From Synechococcus sp. A15-28 (GTDB taxonomy: Bacteria > Cyanobacteriota > Cyanobacteriia > PCC-6307 > Cyanobiaceae): DNA of 32,000 bases. The position numbers and the translations under genes are program-made. Each line of letters begins with the position of its first letter. The first letter of the stretch is position 1. Of this stretch, positions 29,405 to 32,000 are shown piece by piece. The notes below the pieces were generated by a model. That model did not search any database. It saw nothing but the letters and a program-made list of their open reading frames with translations, and was not told where the DNA came from. The stretch lies in assembly GCF_014280175.1 (NCBI RefSeq), contig NZ_CP047931.1, forward strand, positions 1,620,001 to 1,652,000, read 5' to 3'.

Positions 29405-30385
29405 TCAGACGATCGGCAGCTGCTGCAGGGCCGACATCACCTGTTGATCAAAGCTGGAGGCGAGGTCAGTGCGGCTGAGAATCAGCAACAAGCAAATGCC
29501 GAACAGGTACAGGATCGACCAGCGAAACAGTCCCTTGGCGGCGGTCAGGCTGTCGGGGTCCTTCGACAGACGCTGCACCATCTGGATCAGTCGGCCATTG
29601 AAGGGAAGCAGCATCATTCCGTAGAAAACACCTCCTGTGGGCAGAGCCAGAACACCGAATCCGCTCAGCAGCACCGTGGCCCAGCCGTAGCGACGGATCG
29701 CCCGTGCCGTCACCACAGGTCCTTTGATCACCGGCAACATCGGGATGCCGACAGCTCGGTAGTCCTCCTTGAGCAACAGCGCCAGGGCCCAGAAATGAGC
29801 GGGTGTCCAGACCATCACGAGCGCGAAAAGCCACCATCCACCCAGGCCTACATGGCCCGTCGCCGCAGCAGCTCCCACGAGGGGAGGAATGGCCCCTGCG
29901 ACGCCACCGATGACGATGTTCTGCGTTGTGCGTGGCTTGAGCAGAGCGGTGTACAGCAGCACATAGCTGCAGAGCCCCAGCAGCGACAGACCAGCCGCCA
30001 GACAGTTCACACCGCTCACCAGCAGCATGGCCGCCGCCAGGGTGCAAGTTATGGCGCCGATGAAGGCGCTTGTGGGGGAAAGGCGACCAGAGGGAAGAGC
30101 ACGGCCGCTGGTGCGCGCCATGCGCCCATCCAGATCCTGCTCCCACAGACAGTTGAGAACTCCAGCCGCGGCAGAGGCCAGTGCCCCGCCACCCAGGGTG
30201 CAGACCAGACGGGGGGAGGACAAAGGCCATCCCTCGGTGAGAGCCATGCCGCCCAGGGTGGTGGCCAGAAGCAAGGGGATCAGCCTTGGTTTGGCCACTT
30301 CAAGCCAAGGGGGGAGCTTGATTCGTTTCCTCGAGGGAACGACCTGATCACGAGTGGGAAGGGCAGCGGAGATGGCTTCAGCCAT
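29405..30385 (-). CDS. ctaB: Protoheme IX farnesyltransferase (heme O synthase)
   Basis: ATG 30385 gives [47 protein letters not shown].., then [23 protein letters not shown] (UbiA-type Asp-rich motif). The track ORF extension to 30724 overlaps ctaA and is rejected. Confidence 0.93.
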   Translation of the reverse strand: MAEAISAALPTRDQVVPSRKRIKLPPWLEVAKPRLIPLLLATTLGGMALTEGWPLSSPRLVCTLGGGALASAAAGVLNCLWEQDLDGRMARTSGRALPSGRLSPTSAFIGAITCTLAAAMLLVSGVNCLAAGLSLLGLCSYVLLYTALLKPRTTQNIVIGGVAGAIPPLVGAAAATGHVGLGGWWLFALVMVWTPAHFWALALLLKEDYRAVGIPMLPVIKGPVVTARAIRRYGWATVLLSGFGVLALPTGGVFYGMMLLPFNGRLIQMVQRLSKDPDSLTAAKGLFRWSILYLFGICLLLILSRTDLASSFDQQVMSALQQLPIV

Positions 30386-31307
30386 GACAAGGCTCCAGAG
30401 AGGAGTCGTCGAGGACGACGGAACAGGGGACGACAGCAACAGACGCTGGACGGCGCACCAAAAGCGCCGCCAAAAGACCCACCAGCAGCGCTGCCACCAG
30501 CTGATGGGCCACCGTGACCAGGGGTTGATCCAGCCCAAGCCGGAGGGTGGTGATGCCGAGGATGACCTGGGTGGCCACCAGCGCCACTGCAGACAGGAGC
30601 AGCGGCCACTGACGGCGACTCCACCCACCCGCCAGCAAGGCCACCAGGACAAACAACAGCACCAAACCGGCGACAGGGGCTGCCGCGGAGCGATGCCAGG
30701 CCAGCCACCGGCAAGCCTCACCACCGGCCAGGCAGCGCTGGGCTGCCCAGGACGTGGCCATGCGTGCCCCCAGCAGGCACTGGCTCACCACACCGGCAAG
30801 GGCAAGGGCGGAGAGGGGACGCCACCACCAGGGAGGCTGACCATCCGTGGACTGCAGCAGACACTGCGTCAATCCGCTGAGCAGAGCCACAAGCGTGAGC
30901 GCCAAGGCCAGATGAGCCGTGACCACCGCCGATGGCAGCAACTGCAACACCGTGAGAGCACCGAGGCCACCCTGCAGAGCAACCAGCAACACCAGCGAGC
31001 CACTCATCCAGGGGAGCCATCGAGGCAGGGAACGCCTCCAAAGAACGGAGACGGTGGCCATCACCACCAGGGCGATGCCGATGACGAAGGCATCAAGGCG
31101 ATGGAACCACTCCAGGAACACCTGGATGTTCATCTGACGACCGGGAAGGAGCGTTCCGAAGCAAAGGGGCCAGTCCGGACAGGCCAGACCCGCCTCCATG
31201 ACGCGGGTTGCCCCTCCGATCACCACGAGGGCAACTACAGCAACAACAAGATGAGCCGTGAGACGCCCCAGACGGCGTCGCAGTGGAGTCGTGGAGGAAA
31301 GCATCAT
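30378..31307 (-). CDS. ctaA: Heme A synthase (COX15/CtaA)
   Basis: [32 protein letters not shown] and AHLALAL His-containing helices. ATG-ATG at 31307 is preferred; the ORF also opens at GTG 31373. The stop overlaps the ctaB start by 8 nt. Confidence 0.9.
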   Translation of the reverse strand: MMLSSTTPLRRRLGRLTAHLVVAVVALVVIGGATRVMEAGLACPDWPLCFGTLLPGRQMNIQVFLEWFHRLDAFVIGIALVVMATVSVLWRRSLPRWLPWMSGSLVLLVALQGGLGALTVLQLLPSAVVTAHLALALTLVALLSGLTQCLLQSTDGQPPWWWRPLSALALAGVVSQCLLGARMATSWAAQRCLAGGEACRWLAWHRSAAAPVAGLVLLFVLVALLAGGWSRRQWPLLLSAVALVATQVILGITTLRLGLDQPLVTVAHQLVAALLVGLLAALLVRRPASVAVVPCSVVLDDSSLEPCHG

Positions 31308-31408
31308 CAACCTCTCGTCTCCAGGATTCGAAAAGGTCTGATCGAAACGTAGCGATGGCTGTATGGACGTCACCTTGTGTGGAGGTCTGCAACACCTTCG
31401 CCCTCTCC

Positions 31409-31420
31409 AAGGTGCACCTT
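31409..31420. promoter_or_regulatory. Perfect 12-bp palindrome AAGGTGCACCTT in the ctaAB / ctaC divergent region (candidate operator)
   Basis: Read directly from the sequence. Its CACCTT half-site recurs at 31371-31376 and 31393-31398, giving three copies spaced exactly 22 nt apart. Confidence 0.3.
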
Positions 31421-31505
31421 TGCTGACACAACCAGCCCCTTAAGAAACAATCCATGGAGATGCCGAACAAGCTCCATACGCTGAGATCAGTCTGGGATTG
31501 GAGCC

Positions 31506-32000
31506 ATGCAGATCCCATCAGCCATCGTCACTCTGGTGATCGGGATGCTCCTCGCCATTGGGGGGCTTTGGATCGGTCAGAACATCAATCTCCTACCGGT
31601 TGATGCGAGCGTCAACGCACCGATTTACGACGAACTTTTTCGGGTTCTGTTCACAATCGGAACGATTCTGTTTGTGGGCATCGTCGGACTTCTGATCTAC
31701 AGCTTGATCCGATTCCGTCGCCGAAGCGATCAACTCGGTGATGGAATCGCCATCGAAGGCAATCTTCCTTTGGAGATTTTCTGGACTGCCGTCCCGGCTG
31801 TTGTTGTGCTGTTCGTTGGCCTCTACAGCTACGACATCTACGATCGCATGGGCGGAATGGTGCCGCTGGCTCACGACCACATGGCTGGGACCAGTGAAGA
31901 GCGCATCTGGGGCGGAATCAGCTCTGGCTCAACACTGTCTGACAACACCGCAGCCAGCGCACTGCCGATTGATGTGACGGCCATGCAATTTGCCTTTCTC
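31506..32000 (+). CDS. ctaC: Cytochrome c oxidase subunit II (5' part; runs off the right edge)
   Basis: ATG 31506 gives MQIPSAIVTLVIGMLLAIGGLWIGQNINLLPVDAS..LFRVLFTIGTILFVGIVGLLIYSLIRFRRR..LEIFWTAVPAVVVLFVGLYSY..IDVTAMQFAF. This is two N-terminal TM helices and the start of the cupredoxin domain. It is divergent from ctaA. Confidence 0.9.
   Translation, partial: MQIPSAIVTLVIGMLLAIGGLWIGQNINLLPVDASVNAPIYDELFRVLFTIGTILFVGIVGLLIYSLIRFRRRSDQLGDGIAIEGNLPLEIFWTAVPAVVVLFVGLYSYDIYDRMGGMVPLAHDHMAGTSEERIWGGISSGSTLSDNTAASALPIDVTAMQFAFL

Noticed and set aside
30386-30724. 5' extension of the ctaB ORF to 30724 (439 aa in the track)
   Set aside because: The extension lies entirely within ctaA in another frame. 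The conserved CtaB N-terminus begins at ATG 30385, which overlaps the ctaA stop in the usual coupled arrangement.
28346-31352. Three long plus-strand ORFs (28346-29239, 29345-30517, 30354-31352) opposite the ABC ATPase, ctaB and ctaA
   Set aside because: The minus-strand genes carry clear Walker, UbiA and COX15 motifs. The plus-strand translations are Arg/Gly/Gln/His-rich with no hydrophobic or catalytic pattern.
31355-31426. 23-aa plus-strand ORF (MAVWTSPCVEVCNTFALSKVHLC) in the ctaA-ctaC intergenic region
   Set aside because: It is very short, has no ribosome-binding context, and spans the CACCTT repeats that are better explained as DNA or RNA signals. I have no way to test conservation here.

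Overview
This window reads as a densely packed core-genome segment of a high-GC (roughly 60%) marine Synechococcus-type picocyanobacterium; that assignment is inferred from gene content and composition, not from any search. I support about 40 protein genes and 3 tRNAs. In order they are map (partial), a small PepSY-like membrane protein, rplS, tRNA-Trp, a small ORF, tRNA-Asp, gltX, a CPA1 cation/H+ antiporter, an 81-aa ORF, a DUF1643 protein, wecB, a disrupted pilT, hli, tsaD and psaF-psaJ. These are followed by gmk, an NFACT/RqcH-like protein, tatC, a DUF3067-like ORF, petC-petA, lgt, cobM, tRNA-Val, a rodZ-like gene, ppx, a ubiA-family prenyltransferase, ldcA and ispD. The rest are a GT9-like protein, an RCK-gated K+ channel, fabG, a 58-aa ORF, groEL (orphan), nanE, a 131-aa ORF, an ABC-2 exporter pair, ctaB, ctaA and ctaC (partial). 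I saw no rRNA, CRISPR array, transposase, integrase, phage gene or recognisable defence or toxin system, and no compositional island. I did not find a convincing novel multi-gene system. The most unusual items are these: (1) a pilT-family ATPase gene that is intact except for two in-frame TAA codons, in a window where every terminal stop I read is TGA or TAG. (2) A perfect 12-bp palindrome plus CACCTT half-sites phased at 22 nt in the divergent ctaAB/ctaC control region. (3) A six-gene head-to-tail string joining heme O/A synthesis to an ABC-2 exporter and nanE. (4) Zero or negative spacing at six of seven convergent gene junctions. Many long ORFs in the supplied track are antisense artefacts of the high GC content and were rejected.
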